64,000 nt of DNA from Microbotryum violaceum (taxonomy: Eukaryota): contig CDLV01000010.1 in assembly GCA_001244265.2 (NCBI GenBank), positions 558,001 to 622,000 on the forward strand. Direction: 5' to 3'. Position numbers and translations under genes: made by a program. Of this stretch, positions 37,683 to 50,212 are shown piece after piece. Position 1 is the stretch's first letter. Every line of letters starts with the position of its first letter. The notes under the pieces were generated by a model. The model did not search any database and was not told where the DNA came from. It saw only the letters and a program-made list of their open reading frames with translations.

Positions 37683-38550
37683 GTTTCCGTGGACAGGTAC
37701 CACTACGGACTTCAATGAGAGCGAGCGGCGCCTGCTTGCGCTGGACCACGCTGACCGCGGAACTTGAGTTCAAGCTCAAGTTCCTGACATGTAAGCCGGG
37801 GGTAGGCCCTTACTCCGACCGTGGCAGCGATTCTCTGTTCGAGAACGTGCACTGTAAGGGGATAACAGCCCATAAGCACCCTCTGAGTAGCTAGAACTGT
37901 CGAGTTCTAGTTACGACTTGCTTTTAGCCTAGCGGTCAAGAACTGAACGACAGCTTGTATTTTATGCACATCAGAGGCGCATACCTTACATGCACGTTCT
38001 CCGATCGCGTCCAGAAGGACAGGCGGCCAAAGCAACAAGGATCTTACGGCAAGGTACCTTAGATACAGGCAGGAAGTCATGACTCATTACCCGATTTAAA
38101 TCCCTCGGTAGGTCGTCGGCATAAGTTCCGGTGATTTATCCCGACCCCAGCCCCCGCGCAAATTAAGCGATGCCGATCAAGTCAAGTGAATCACATCGAG
38201 CGGTGGACCACACTAAACGGCGCTAAAGGCGCATAGATTGTACTAAGCGACTTTGAGGCTTCGACCGCCGTTTAGCGGGCAGCAAGTCGCACTCTCCAGA
38301 GTCCGGACTCGAAGGGCCAGAGTCGTGTCGGCGGCAGGGTCGTGGACGATGTGCTGTGGGCGCTGGTAGATCAGGGGCTTGTCTGGCCTAGGGTGGGGCC
38401 TAGTGTCCACTGGCTCCCGAAGTGTTCGTGGGATCTTGCCCGCGCCAAGATACCGTAGATCGGTGTCAATGTAACACCACGGCGGCTTATTGTGAGAGAT
38501 CTCGTCGGACTAAATCATTCAGGTGTCCGTTGATCTGGACAGGGGCCGGG

Positions 38551-40496
38551 TCAACCTATGCCATATAACTTCCGCACATACTTAGGTGAAAGGGAGCCTA
38601 CTCTCGGCCCTTTGAGGAGGTGCCTGGGCACCTGATACGAGAATGATAAAATGGTCTTGTTCGGGATGAGCCTCAAATCTACGGCAGAAACGATATCGTG
38701 CATGAGTCGAGCGCCATCTCTCGTAAGTCCTCGCAGCCTCGACACCTATGCAAAGCACGGGATCAAATATAATCGATGCAGTTCTCACAGTGAGTGCATA
38801 CCTAGTCATCTAGGCAGTGGGCGGACAACGATGCAGAATCCTTTGGATCAAACAGAAGGGGACTCAGTCGTTTCAGACCGCTCAGGATTCTTGCTATAGA
38901 TGAAACAAATTTCGAGCTTTCGCTTTTTTAAACTCCCAGTCTCACGAGGCCGACAAACACTTAGTTACAGACAGAAGTCAGAACACCAAGTCACAGGGTC
39001 ATGCCATACGCTTCTATTACCCTCCATCCCCACAGTTCTTCCTTTCGTAGAGGTCCCGGAAGCCAGAAGTCCTCCGAAAGCAAGAGCGGGGGCGCCCACA
39101 GCCGATCGAGGTCGTTCACGGCCTTGGTCTCTGACGAGCCGCCCGGGCTGGGGAACTCGGCCGTAAGCGTCCTGGCCAACGAATCCTCGATCTTGCAGAT
39201 GGTATCTTCCAGCCGTTTCACTCGTGTCGAGTCCAACGTCGCGATGACCGAGCCGACTGTTGGTGGTTGCCCCAACTCACTCTTCGACGGCGACGGCGAT
39301 GCAACACTGGACGGGGAAAGCGGTGCTGGAGTAGGCACCAATGCATGCATCGGTGAAGTGCTGAGATGATCTGCCGGTTCAATCTTGCCCTCGGGGAGAT
39401 TGGGTTCTTCTGAACTGCCCTGGCTTGCCTCTTCGTGGCCCTTGGGATGCCTCTCTTCGGTGTGGAGTGGGGTGTCGCCCACGAGTAACGAGAGAGGAGA
39501 CGACGAGCCGGGCGATGAGACAGGCGGTGGAGGATCCTGAGGCGGACTTGGACTCGATTTGCATGTAGTGCGAACCTGTTCGCTCGACTTTATCGATCCA
39601 AGATCAGGACGTGCAAAAAAACGCGTTGACCGACGAGACGCGGTGATGTGCTTGAGGGGGGTCTCGGTTGCGCAGCTCTCCTTAAGTTCAGACGAGCCTG
39701 GTGGGTAAATCATTAGGGCACGTAAGCTGTTCGCTTGATATCTCTTCTCGATCAGGAGAAGTGTTTCGTATCGGACCTACTCAAAGGTTCATCCAGTGCC
39801 TTCCTCTTTCTGCGCAGTACGATATCAAGCTCGCCACGTCTTTGTTTGTCGGTCAGTTGCGAGATAGCGCCCGCAAGCTGCTGCTTCAATTCTCGATCGA
39901 CGACGCAACACCCTTTCTTGAGCATTTGGTCGACGGTTCGATCATAATCGATTGTATGAATGGACTCCACAGAGTAGTGACAGATCGCATCAATGGGGTC
40001 GAGGCCATGGAGCTGTGCCGAACGAACGCAAATCGAGCAAGCCGGTCGGGCTGAGGAAGCGATAAGGGTGTGGCAAGGACGCCATGCGCATTGTCAGTGC
40101 TCCGCGGAACGACGAGGGGATGGTGCATCTGGCAACCTGTGATGTGCCCCCAGGTCAACAATGGCTCACCGGATGTACACTTGAGCTTTCGACGCCTGCC
40201 TGTGATCAAGGGTCCACAGAGATCTCACACAGAAGTTAGTGGCCCACTTCATCGACAACCCTCAACGAGCCGCAGGTTGCCGGACCCCTCCACCTTTCCG
40301 CCGGAGCCGACATGCCCGACTCACAGCTTTCGCAACTCGTCTCGCGACTCGTGCGGGCGATCCTTTTGCGCTTCTTGGAGTTGACGGCCTGATTCGGGTT
40401 GCTCTTGCGTTGTGGTGGAACCATGCTTCCGCTGGGCACTGCCGAGGAAGAGGAACCAAAGCCGAGCCGAGCGGATGAAGTTGGAGGGAAGAACAT
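38551..40496 (-). CDS. Zn(II)2Cys6 transcription factor; multi-exon, 3' end approximate
   Basis: Splicing two GT-AG introns yields CESCRRRKLKCTSARPACSICVRSAQLHGLDPIDAICHY. Confidence 0.8.
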
Positions 40497-40944
40497 GCAT
40501 TATTGAGCGGATTTAAATGGTGCCTTCGATGGAGAATAGTCTTCGTTCGGGTGCGGATAGAGTCATGCTTCTTCCGTCCGAACCTGGGTCGGAAGCAGTC
40601 GTCTTCTGGAGAAGGATCGACATTCGTCGCGGAGAAGGGGTGGAAAGGAGGCCATTCTTCTCGTGGAACGGCGTGGGCGCTGCGCTCAAAGTCACGACGT
40701 GTTGCAACAAGACTGACATATTCTACTTCATAAGGTTACAGAGGTTGCCATTGAAAAATGCCGTCGCCGCGCTGATATTAAGTGAAGGGTGGTGTGCGGG
40801 CCTGCGGACGAAGGAAGCGAGAGAGGCTCAATGTAAGCGCATGGATCAAGCCTGCAGAGCGACGGTAGCAGTTCATCCACGCACCATGTTACTCCAGACA
40901 GCTGCGTGACCAGATGACCAGCGAGCAGCGAGCATGGGAAAAAA

Positions 40945-42715
40945 TCAAACAGTCAGTGATTGTCGACAGCCAAGGGGGCTGAAAGGAAACGCACCATATT
41001 CATAGGTATTAATTAGCCGCGGCGGGTACCTCTTCCATTCGATCAGCTCGTCCAAGTTGTTCTTGTCCCTGAGCCAGCCCTCCTGCTCAAAGGCGGTCGT
41101 ATTTTTATCCTGCCGCACCTGCCCGTACTCATAATGTTGATAGGCCGCGACCGTTCGAGGCACGACCTGGATACGAGCGCCGCGGCCACCGTCTTGAGGG
41201 TTACCATCGGACGAGAAGGGCGAATAGGTCTTCCAAAGGTCAGAGCAAAACAGGTAGCACTCGCTTTGACGATCGGTATCGCCATCATCGCGGAACCGAA
41301 GCGCGTGTTTTGGATTCACGAACAGATCGGCGTCGATGATGGTCACACCATTCCAGCATGAGAAGACTTGCACGGGCTGTAGGTCGTACAAGCGGAAGCG
41401 GTCCGGTGACAGGGGCATCGGTCGAGCGCCTCCCGGTAGATCCCAGGCCCCCGACGGATATGATATGTTGTAAAAGGGTCTGTAGTGTGATTAGATTCGT
41501 TATCACCCGTCATTAGTGTCAGAGAAGATGAGGTTGACGAATCAAGGTGAACCCTCACAGTCCAAGCATGTCCCTAGCTACCCAAACGTCATAAAAAATG
41601 ACCGGATAGTTTGGCGCAAACTCCTTGATCTCGAGCGACTTGTAGTCCATACCGCAGCTCATGTCGGCGCCTTGCACCTCGTGTTGCAGCATCAATTCAA
41701 ACAGGTCACTTTCGCACAAATGCACGTCGTTGATAAAGAGGACGCGATCGAACGTTCCTTTCGGTGCGTCGAGCAGGGGTTGGAGTGCCTTGTTGCGCAA
41801 ATTGGCGAGTGACTTGATCCTCGCTCCAGCGGGGAATCCCGCTTTCGCAGCGTCCGAGTGTAGCGTGTACCCAGCTCCGAGTCGATCAAGTACCATCGCG
41901 AAGAGGTAGAGCTGAGCTGGCGTTGTATCGGTTGATCCATTCTCGTAAATTGACACATGAAATCTCGAAGGGCCGAGCGCAGACAGGACGGTGTAGAAAA
42001 CCCTGATTAAAGCCGGGAGGACGTAGTCCGAATTGATAAGGTTAATGGCGATGAAGTACGTGTTCTTTTTGCGCGGCAAGTAGTGCGGTACGACGGTCCA
42101 ATCTGTGTTGTTGTGGTAGAAATGCGGACCCCGATACCGATACCGGGGCAGCAGAGGCGCGTAGCGATCCTTTTGGTAGATATTGAGGTTGCAATTCGGC
42201 GAGGGGTGTTTTGCGAGCAGCGAATGTTCAAGTAGATCCTCGATGGGCCACCAAGTTCTCTCTCCTGCTATGTCCTTGGGTAGAACTTGCCTCCGGCGCT
42301 CGATCGACTCGAATCCGATCAAAGCCCGCTTTGTGATAGCGCGTGTCCGAGCGCGCCTCGACGCGCTGTCAGGAATGCCGACGACGAGCTGCCATAGCAC
42401 CCACGCGGCAGTGCATACGAATAGGAATCGGGCCTTGAACGACTTTTTCCCTGCCCCATCGAGCCAGGACAACCTGGAGCCCGGGAAGGAGGCTCTTATT
42501 GGGGATCTCGTCTGAGGCAATAGCGAGGTAGCACCGCTCGCCGGTCGGTAACTCACGCCCCAGCCAAACGGCCTCTTATTGGAGGGCGGCGGGGTCGTGC
42601 TCGCAGTTGTCGTTGTCGGTGTGGGTATCGGTCCTGGAATCATTCCCAACTCTGGATCGACGCCAGCATCATGTAGTCCATGACCTTGCTCTTCGTCCTT
42701 TTCCAGCCCCGGCAT
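40945..42715 (-). CDS. CAP59/CMT1-family (GT69) alpha-1,3-mannosyltransferase; last exon uncertain
   Basis: TM helix; FHVSIYENGSTD; LANLRNKALQPL; VLFINDV; YDVWVARDMLG; VQVFSCWNG; SECYLFCSDLW. Confidence 0.9.
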
Positions 42716-43144
42716 GGCGCTCGAGCCCCGCACAGGACACCCAGACACACCTAGACAGTCACGAGTCGTGTCGATCGCGCGGGTCTGGTTCCCACTGGGT
42801 GGGGGTTGGAGGCAGAGCTGCAGAGGGCTCCGTCGCGAGGATCCTGTCAGGCTCCGGTCAGGCAGCTGGCAATCTGGCACAACCGGAGCTCGTCGCAGCA
42901 TGATTTGATTGGCCTTAAAGCGTCGTCGGGATGGGCCACCGCCTGATTCAGCGGTATGAGTTGGGGAAGACGAAACCCACCTGATTGTTCACATTGAAAC
43001 ACCGAACAGCGCCGGATTGCCTCTGCTTTGCACGCCCTTTAATTGCATCACAGAACGAAAACAAGTCAAGCGTTGTAACTGAACGAGATTAACGAAGAAA
43101 TATAGCACCCCTCCAGCTGTTGCTGTCTATTGAACCCCGCGTGC

Positions 43145-45054
43145 TTACTTGGCCGTGGCGTAAACGGATTCGGGTTTGACGGTCGCACCGTGCGCGAGGC
43201 GCGCTTCACCCCACTTCTTGAGTCGGATCGACTCGATCGCAATGAAACCGGTGGTGTCGGTGGGAGAGAAACCGCCCAACTCGTCCATGGAGGATTGCTT
43301 GGCGTCGTACAATGCCTCGGTGTCGGACTTGCGACCTTCGACGATGACATTGCCCTGGATCAGTGAGATGCGCACTCGGCCGTTGACGGATTCTTGCGAC
43401 TTCTCCAAGCATGACTGCACGAACTCGCGCTCGGGCGAAAACCAGTAGCCATTGTAGAGAATTTTGGACAACTCGGCCGTGACGAACGAGTCGCGTAAGG
43501 CACGGACGTTGCGGTCGAGGACGAGACCCTCGAGGTCCATGTGGGCCTTGCGGAGGATGGTCGCACCGGGCGACTCGTAGCAACCACGCGACTTTACACC
43601 GATAAACCGGTTCTCGACGATGTCGATGCGTCCAATACCGTGCTTGCGGGCGAGCGCGTTAAGGGTGAGGAAGATCTCGACCGAGTCGGTGATCTTCTTG
43701 CCCTCCGTCGAAGGTATGGCCTCGGTGCCGGCAGGGTGGATCAAGAGCGAGGAGGGGATACCCTTGGTGAAGGTGATGGAGATGCGCTCGGGGTCCTTGG
43801 GGGCGTCCTGGAGCGACTTGATAAGCTTCCACATGTCCGAGGGCGGGGTGGTGTCGGGGTCCTCGAGGATACCGGCTTCGTAAGAGATGTGGAACAGGTT
43901 CTCGTCTGTGGGATCGAAAACAAATTCGTATTCAGTGCTCATGTTAAGAAATCGGCCGCAGTTCACTCACCGGTCGACCAAGGCTTGGCGGCGGTTTGGA
44001 AGACTGGGATGTCCTTCTCCTTGGCGTAGTCGAGCAAAGCCGCTCGGCCAGCGAAGCGATGGTAGAACTCTGAAATTTATAGGTCAGTCTACATGACCCT
44101 TCCGCGATACCTTAGACCTCACGACAAGCCGAGACTTACCGGGATCGCGCCAGGGAGCGATGACCTTGATGGTGGGTTGCAAGGCGTAGAAGGCGAGTTC
44201 GAAACGAACTTGGTCGTTACCCTTTCCAGTGCAGCCGTGAGCGACGAAGCTGTGTTGAAAATAAGGGGGAGTTAAAGGGGATTTAAGGGATGGGGTCAAC
44301 TGCCTGCGCGGACGATAAGGGCGGACTTTTGGGAGTATAGAGCAGGAGAACAAGACTGACCCGCACTTCTCCTCGACTACAACGTCCATCATGGCACGGG
44401 CGATGACGGGTCGGGCAAGAGATGTTCCGAGGAGGTAAACGCCCTGTAGAAATCAGTGCGGGGCGCTCGGGTCAGCGCTAGGAAGGAACGCGATAACGCC
44501 GACTTTGGCCCAAATGAATACCTCGTAAATGCAGTTGGCCTGAACGGAGGGGAAGACAAGGTGCTCGACGAATTCCCGCTTGACATCCTAATGCAGTAGA
44601 CGCGTGTTGGTTCAAGTGTCAGCGCATGCGATCAGGCAGCCTGTCGCGACAGGTTGGGGTGGTGTGGGGGCGTTAGAGGGCCTTTGACTCACGGCGAGAA
44701 CGAACTTGTCGGCGCCGATCTTGTAAGCCTTCTTCTCGGCAGCTTCAAAGTCCTCCTCTTGGCCGACATCGGCCATGAAGGCGACCACATCGTAGCCTTG
44801 CTCACTGTGGGAGAGAAGCGGTGTCAGCTGGACAGCCCTGGCCTGAATACTGCTCGGCGGAGCTCGGAGCTTGCGGAGCGGCGAAAGAGTGATCGACTGA
44901 CATGAGCCAAGCGAGGATGATGGACGTGTCTGCCAGAGGGGCGGCGGTAGGTCAGAACGGAAGAAGTAATCTGAAATCATGGAATGGGGTGATACTCACC
45001 CAATCCACCCGAGTAAGCGAGGAGCACACGACCGGCAGAACCTTTGGCGACCAT
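43145..45054 (-). CDS. ARG1: Argininosuccinate synthase; multi-exon
   Basis: [62 protein letters not shown]. Confidence 0.97.
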
Positions 45055-45072
45055 CGTATTGGGTTGCTGCGA

Positions 45073-45106
45073 ACCGACAAGGCAGCACCGACAAGGCAGC
45101 ACCGAC
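45073..45106. repeat. 14-bp tandem repeat in the ARG1 leader
   Basis: ACCGACAAGGCAGC x2 plus a partial copy. Confidence 0.85.
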
Positions 45107-45423
45107 CGAAAGCTCCGGAGCGGGTCAGCACATCGAATACGGGTCGTGGCCGGTCGACCGGGAGCCTTAGCTTATCATGATTGGATACGGCGCTCACTCT
45201 TTGGGAGGATATAATGGGAAGCAAGTGCGACCAAGAGGGAGGATGATCGGGTAGGGTGAGGAGCAGAGCGGAGCGGAGGGCGACGCCGTGCATGCTGGCT
45301 CCAGTGACAGGGACCGACATCAGTCCGACATCGGTTTGGAGAGGTCCGTGCGGCTCCACCGACGCTGGAGACTAGGGCCGGCTGGCAACTTGCCGCTTCC
45401 ATCATTTCGTCCAGCACACTACA

Positions 45424-45520
45424 ATGAACTACGCCTCATCGTCCGCACCCCGGCTGCTAGTACGCAGTCTCTCGAGGAAGTCTGTGCGCACCAGAGCCTT
45501 TTCATGCACACCGAGATGTC

Positions 45521-45554
<34 letters not shown>

Positions 45555-47568
45555 GGCGTCGGCTGAACCGCACGACATCGTCGTCATCGGAGGAGGGCCG
45601 GCCGGCTGCACACTGGCAGCTGCACTCGGTGAGATGACCGCATGCAATCAGGCAGATCGAGCACAGCTGACCTTGGACTGGTCTTTCCGGCACAGCTTCG
45701 AACGCGGCCATCTCGTCGACGCACAAGGTCACCTTGCTCGAAGCCTCGTCGATGGCCAAGCTCGCCGAGTGGGCACCCAATCCAGACGAGTACAGCAACC
45801 GCGTCAGCTCCATCACCGCAGAGAATGTGGCATTCCTGTCAGGTGAGACCAGATACGATCTTCGTACGCACAGGCGAACTTGATCTTGACCGAATCGTCC
45901 ACTTGATGACGGTGCAGACATCGGAGTCTGGGGTCATCTCGATGCGACAAGAGCAAGAGGGATTGAGGAAATGCAGGTCTGGGATGGACTATCCGACGCT
46001 CGCATCACCTTCAACTCGCCCACACTCGATCCCCATGACCCCTTCTCTCCCCATTCCACAGCGCCCATCGCCTCGACCTCGTCCCGAACTCCGAACATCG
46101 CTCCGATGGCAACCCTCATCGAGAACCTCAACCTGCAACGAGCGTGCATGCGCGCACTCGAGGGCGCCAAGAACCTTGATCTCGTCGACAACAAAAAAGT
46201 GTTGAGCATCACTTCTGATTCGTCCGGGTGGCCCATCATCGAGGTCGGCAGTGGTGTCGAGAGCGAGACAACGAGGAAACTCCGAGCAAGGTTATTGGTA
46301 CGCTCTCTTCATGCCTCCGTGTTATTCGCGCAACGCCGAGCCGCCCACTTACCCTTCCATGTGCCCCGTATCCCAGATTGGCGCCGACGGATTCAACAGT
46401 CCTGTCAAGGCCTACTCTCACATCGAGTCCTTCGGCTGGGCTTACAACAGCCAAGGCCTCGTCGCCTCGCTGCGCATCTCCCCCGCCGAGATGGGCATTG
46501 GCATGACCACCGCATGGCAACGCTTTCTGCCCGAAGGTCCCATTGCATTTCTTCCGGTACGTATGAGATTGAGAGATAGCGTGCGTCAATGAATGGGCTG
46601 CGCGGCTGACATCGGATCTCTGTGTGGTCCCGCAGCTCTCCGACACGGCCTCTTCGCTCGTCTGGTCGACTACACCTGAGCTAGCCAAAGCGATCAAGCA
46701 ACTCCCACTCGACCTCATGACCCGACTCGTCAACGCAGCCTTCACGCTACCTTACGCATCCCTCTCGTCCTTCCTCTCCCTCCTGACATCCGCCAGCCGA
46801 CCAACCGATGCCGAGCTCTCGGATTCACTCGAAGCGCTCGTCGCACCCCTTCAAGCCGCCTCGGTATACGAAGTCGATTCGATCCCAGACGAATCGCCAC
46901 CCAAGATCGAATCTATCCAACCTGGATCGGTCGCTGCGTTCCCTCTCCGATTATCGCATGCCGATTCGTACTTGGGCATGCCACGTGGGGGGAGGGACTT
47001 GCGAACGGCTTTGGTCGGGGATGCGGCGCATGCAATTCATCCGCTCGCGGGGCAGGGTTTGAATATGGGCTTGGGTGATATTCAGAGTTTGCTCAAGACG
47101 TTGGAAACGACGGTGCAGAATGGGGGGGATGTCGGTCAGTTTTCTTCTGCGCAGTGCCTGCTTTGTGGTCCCCGAACTCGCGATCTGAGAATACGTCCAA
47201 TGTTGATTTCCCATCCTGTAGGATCGTACAACGCCCTCAAGAGTTACCCTCGAGCACGCTACATCCCGAACCACGCCCTCCTCTCCACATGCGACCACCT
47301 CGCAAGCCTCTACGGCTCCCAACTCTCCCCCATCGTCTGGGCGCGCTCAACCGGTCTAGAAATCGTCAACGAACTCGACTCGGTCAAGGCGTTATTGATG
47401 GGCGGTGCAGGGGCCAAGACGAAAGGACGGGGAGCGGGCGGTTGGGGCGTTGTGGCGGATGGTATAGATAGTGTAGGGAAGGGGGTGAAAATGGCGAGGA
47501 TGGTCGGGGGAATGGCGTTGGGGCAGGTGATGAGTAGACTTGGAGGGGGGTTGGCGGGGAGGAGGTGA
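45424..47568 (+). CDS. COQ6: Ubiquinone biosynthesis monooxygenase Coq6; multi-exon
   Basis: Mitochondrial-type presequence; DIVVIGGGPAG; YSNRVSS; IGADGFNSPV; AWQRFLPEGPIAFLP; ALVGDAAHAIHPLAGQGLNMG. Confidence 0.95.
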
Positions 47569-48059
47569 ACCTGCAAAGGATTGCATGGCAGTGCACCGAT
47601 ATAGTGTCGTGACATACTGGTTGTGGTTGCTTTTATATCAGAGAAAGCATCGTTGAAGCCACAATCTTGATTCAGAGCCTAACCTTGTCAATTTTGACAT
47701 CTCGGAACCCTGCGTGCACGGACCGCATCTCCTGTCGGAAGCGGAACACGTGGGGCTTTTTTGACTTTCGAAGCGACAATCGAGATTGTCAGCGAAACGT
47801 CAGCGCGCGCGCAGCTCTTCCTTCATCCGCTTCCCTTTTTCCACTTCGCAAAACATCTTTGATGGACGCCTTCGAGTCACTCCTATCCGCACGTATGGCC
47901 ACCAGGTAACTTGACCCCGGACCGGGCCGCTTGGGCCTCCGCGGGGGGAACTGAGTTGGTCAGAGCTGACAAGATCAACCGTTCTACTTTTGTTCCTCCT
48001 GACACATACACCAATACCCAGCTTCAAGACCTCTCTTCAACTAACTTTCAACATCCCGC

Positions 48060-48762
48060 ATGGCGCGACAAAAGATCAAACCGAATGAAGACGATCGCTG
48101 CCAAGTGTCAGTCCCCATCCCCACCATTTCTCTCTATCTCTTTTCCAATCCTCACACCAATCAACCACCTCATCTCTGTCCAGACCCAAGGACGTCCGGC
48201 AAGTTCGCCAAGCAGGCCGTCTCGAGCATCAAGAGGCCCTATCGTTTCAAACCTGGTACGGTCGCGCTGCGTGAGATCCTTCGTTACCAAGAGGGGACCA
48301 ATCTGTTGATACGCAAGCTGGCGTGAGTATCGTCTTGTACCGTGAAGGGGGCTCAACTAGCCTTTCGAAGCGTCAAACGGCAGAGCTGATATAATGAGCC
48401 CACCTCATACCTCAACCCCTCTCAAAGCTTCCAACGCATCGTCCGCGATCAGCCCAAGACTTGCACTCCCACGGACATGCTCTGCGTTTCCAAGAATCGG
48501 CCTTGCAAGCGCTCCAAGAAGCGGCGGAGCAATACCTCATCGACCTGTTCAGCGATTGCAACATCTGTGCGATTCATGCCAAGAGGGTGACGATTCAGTT
48601 GAGTTGAGGTGGCGAGGGGCTGATTTGGACTAGGTTGGCCCAGGGTTCAATCGAAACTGACTGTTTTGTAGTATGGCCTTGTTGAACAGACCGAAAGATA
48701 TGCTGTTGGCGAGAAGGTTGAGGGGCGACAACTTGCGACAGTATGAAAATGGGCGTAGTTAA
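48060..48762 (+). pseudogene. Divergent histone H3-like gene; 3 introns, two apparent 1-nt frameshifts
   Basis: [72 protein letters not shown]. Confidence 0.8.
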
Positions 48763-49066
48763 GCTCTGTTCCTCACGGGTGTTTCCTTTCATTCGTACCT
48801 TTTCCCCTCCGTGTATGCTCTTCTATCGTCTTCCTTTGCGCGTATGTAGCTCTTTTCGCACAAACGTTGTTTATCAGTATTCGGACCTTGAAGCCGAGAT
48901 CCTCGTCCCCGCTAGAGAAGAGCGCAGCGGGCGAGGATTCCTCTCGAGCAGAAAGACCTGGAACAGGGTGCGTGAGCTCTATATTACATTCACACCAACA
49001 GCAAGCGGCCCAGCCCAATCGGATACCAAATTGGCCTTGCAGAATTCGAGGTTTGATCGACGTGTG

Positions 49067-49702
49067 CTACCCTTTGACGAATTGGCCCGCTTTTTTGCGT
49101 TCGTAGAACAAGTCGGTCCTCGATGCGCCGAGGTTGACGATCTTGGGGCAGCCGTCCCTTGATTTTTCGAGGCGGACGCATTCCTGTTACAGAATGGAAC
49201 GGAGGAGTAACAGTTAGTCAGAGCAAGGTCCGCACAGCCCGTTCCAAGAGATGGGAAACGTACGGTGCAGTAATAAGCGTCGGATATCCCCTTTGAGCCG
49301 CAGACGATGCACCTCCCCCCGTAGGTGCCGAAGTTGCATTCGTCGCAGATGCGCACGATCTCGGCCGGTCGGACGTACGAGTCGCAGATGGGACTGTAGG
49401 CCGGGTCGGGGGGTCGATTCGGAGAGGGTTGCAAGGCGGGTGCGAGTGCGAATGCGAGGGAACGAAAAGGGGAGGTGTGAGTTCCGAGTAAAATCCTCCC
49501 AGACGACGAGTGAGAGCTTTGTGCTTACCATTTGCCGTCACATTTCTCGCATGTCCGACCGATGGCTGTGTACAAGGAGTGAAGGCGGGTGTGGATTGGG
49601 CAGCGTGAGGAAGGGAGCAGTGGAGCACAGCCCAGGAGAGCGGGACTGACCTATTCCGGTCTGCTTGCGACACATGATGAGATCGGGGTGGTGGCGAGAC
49701 AT
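49067..49702 (-). CDS. RDS3: PHF5A/Rds3 SF3b splicing factor; multi-exon
   Basis: [52 protein letters not shown]. Confidence 0.97.
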
Positions 49703-50212
49703 GTTTCAAGCAAGAGGTGTGCGGTGCGGTCTGAGGGGAGCTGACACAGCAGGTAGAGGTGGGGTCGAGCTGGAGAACTGGAGACGGGGTTGCTTGCTGA
49801 CTCGTCCGCGGGCACTCGTCCGTGGGTTGTCTTGGATGAGGGTTGATGGTGTGGTGAAGAGCGTCGTGGGTATAAGTGGGTGACAGAGCGTCGGAGTGTT
49901 GATGCCGATAGGTGTGGGAGGAGGGAGACGATGAGCCGAGTGAAGAGTGCCTGACTAATGCTCGCTTGAGCTCGGCGCGCGTCGTTTCGGTGTCGGCCGC
50001 GCCAAATTGCCACGCGCCCTCGTAACCTTCTAATACGCGCTACCTGCCCGTACAACGCGCCAGTACGCGCCCACTCGCGCCTAGCCACTGCCCAGCCCAG
50101 CCCGACAGACAGCGGCAGACCGGCGTTCAGTTTGACTCAGCTCCGTTGACGTCTTCTTTTGACCCCCTTTACGATTCCGCAGCTTCATTCGGATCTCGTC
50201 TTGCGATCAGCC

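Larger units (their letters stand above)
34670..38460 (+). ncRNA. Candidate long structured non-coding element (34670-35273 plus 37693-38460), interrupted by a TIR element
   Basis: Many nested inverted repeats, several with G-U pairs on the + strand, and an H-type pseudoknot; family unidentified, expression unknown. Confidence 0.4.

Noticed and set aside
34670..38460. Telomerase RNA, group I/II intron or hammerhead identity for the structured region
   Set aside because: No CTAACCCT-type template, no group I P/Q/R/S or group II domain V, and TTGATGA..GAAA at about 35081 lacks stem I; not fully excluded without covariance searches
40236..40340. GATA-like CESC...RWRGP motif
   Set aside because: It is intron read-through; splicing gives a complete Zn2Cys6 cluster
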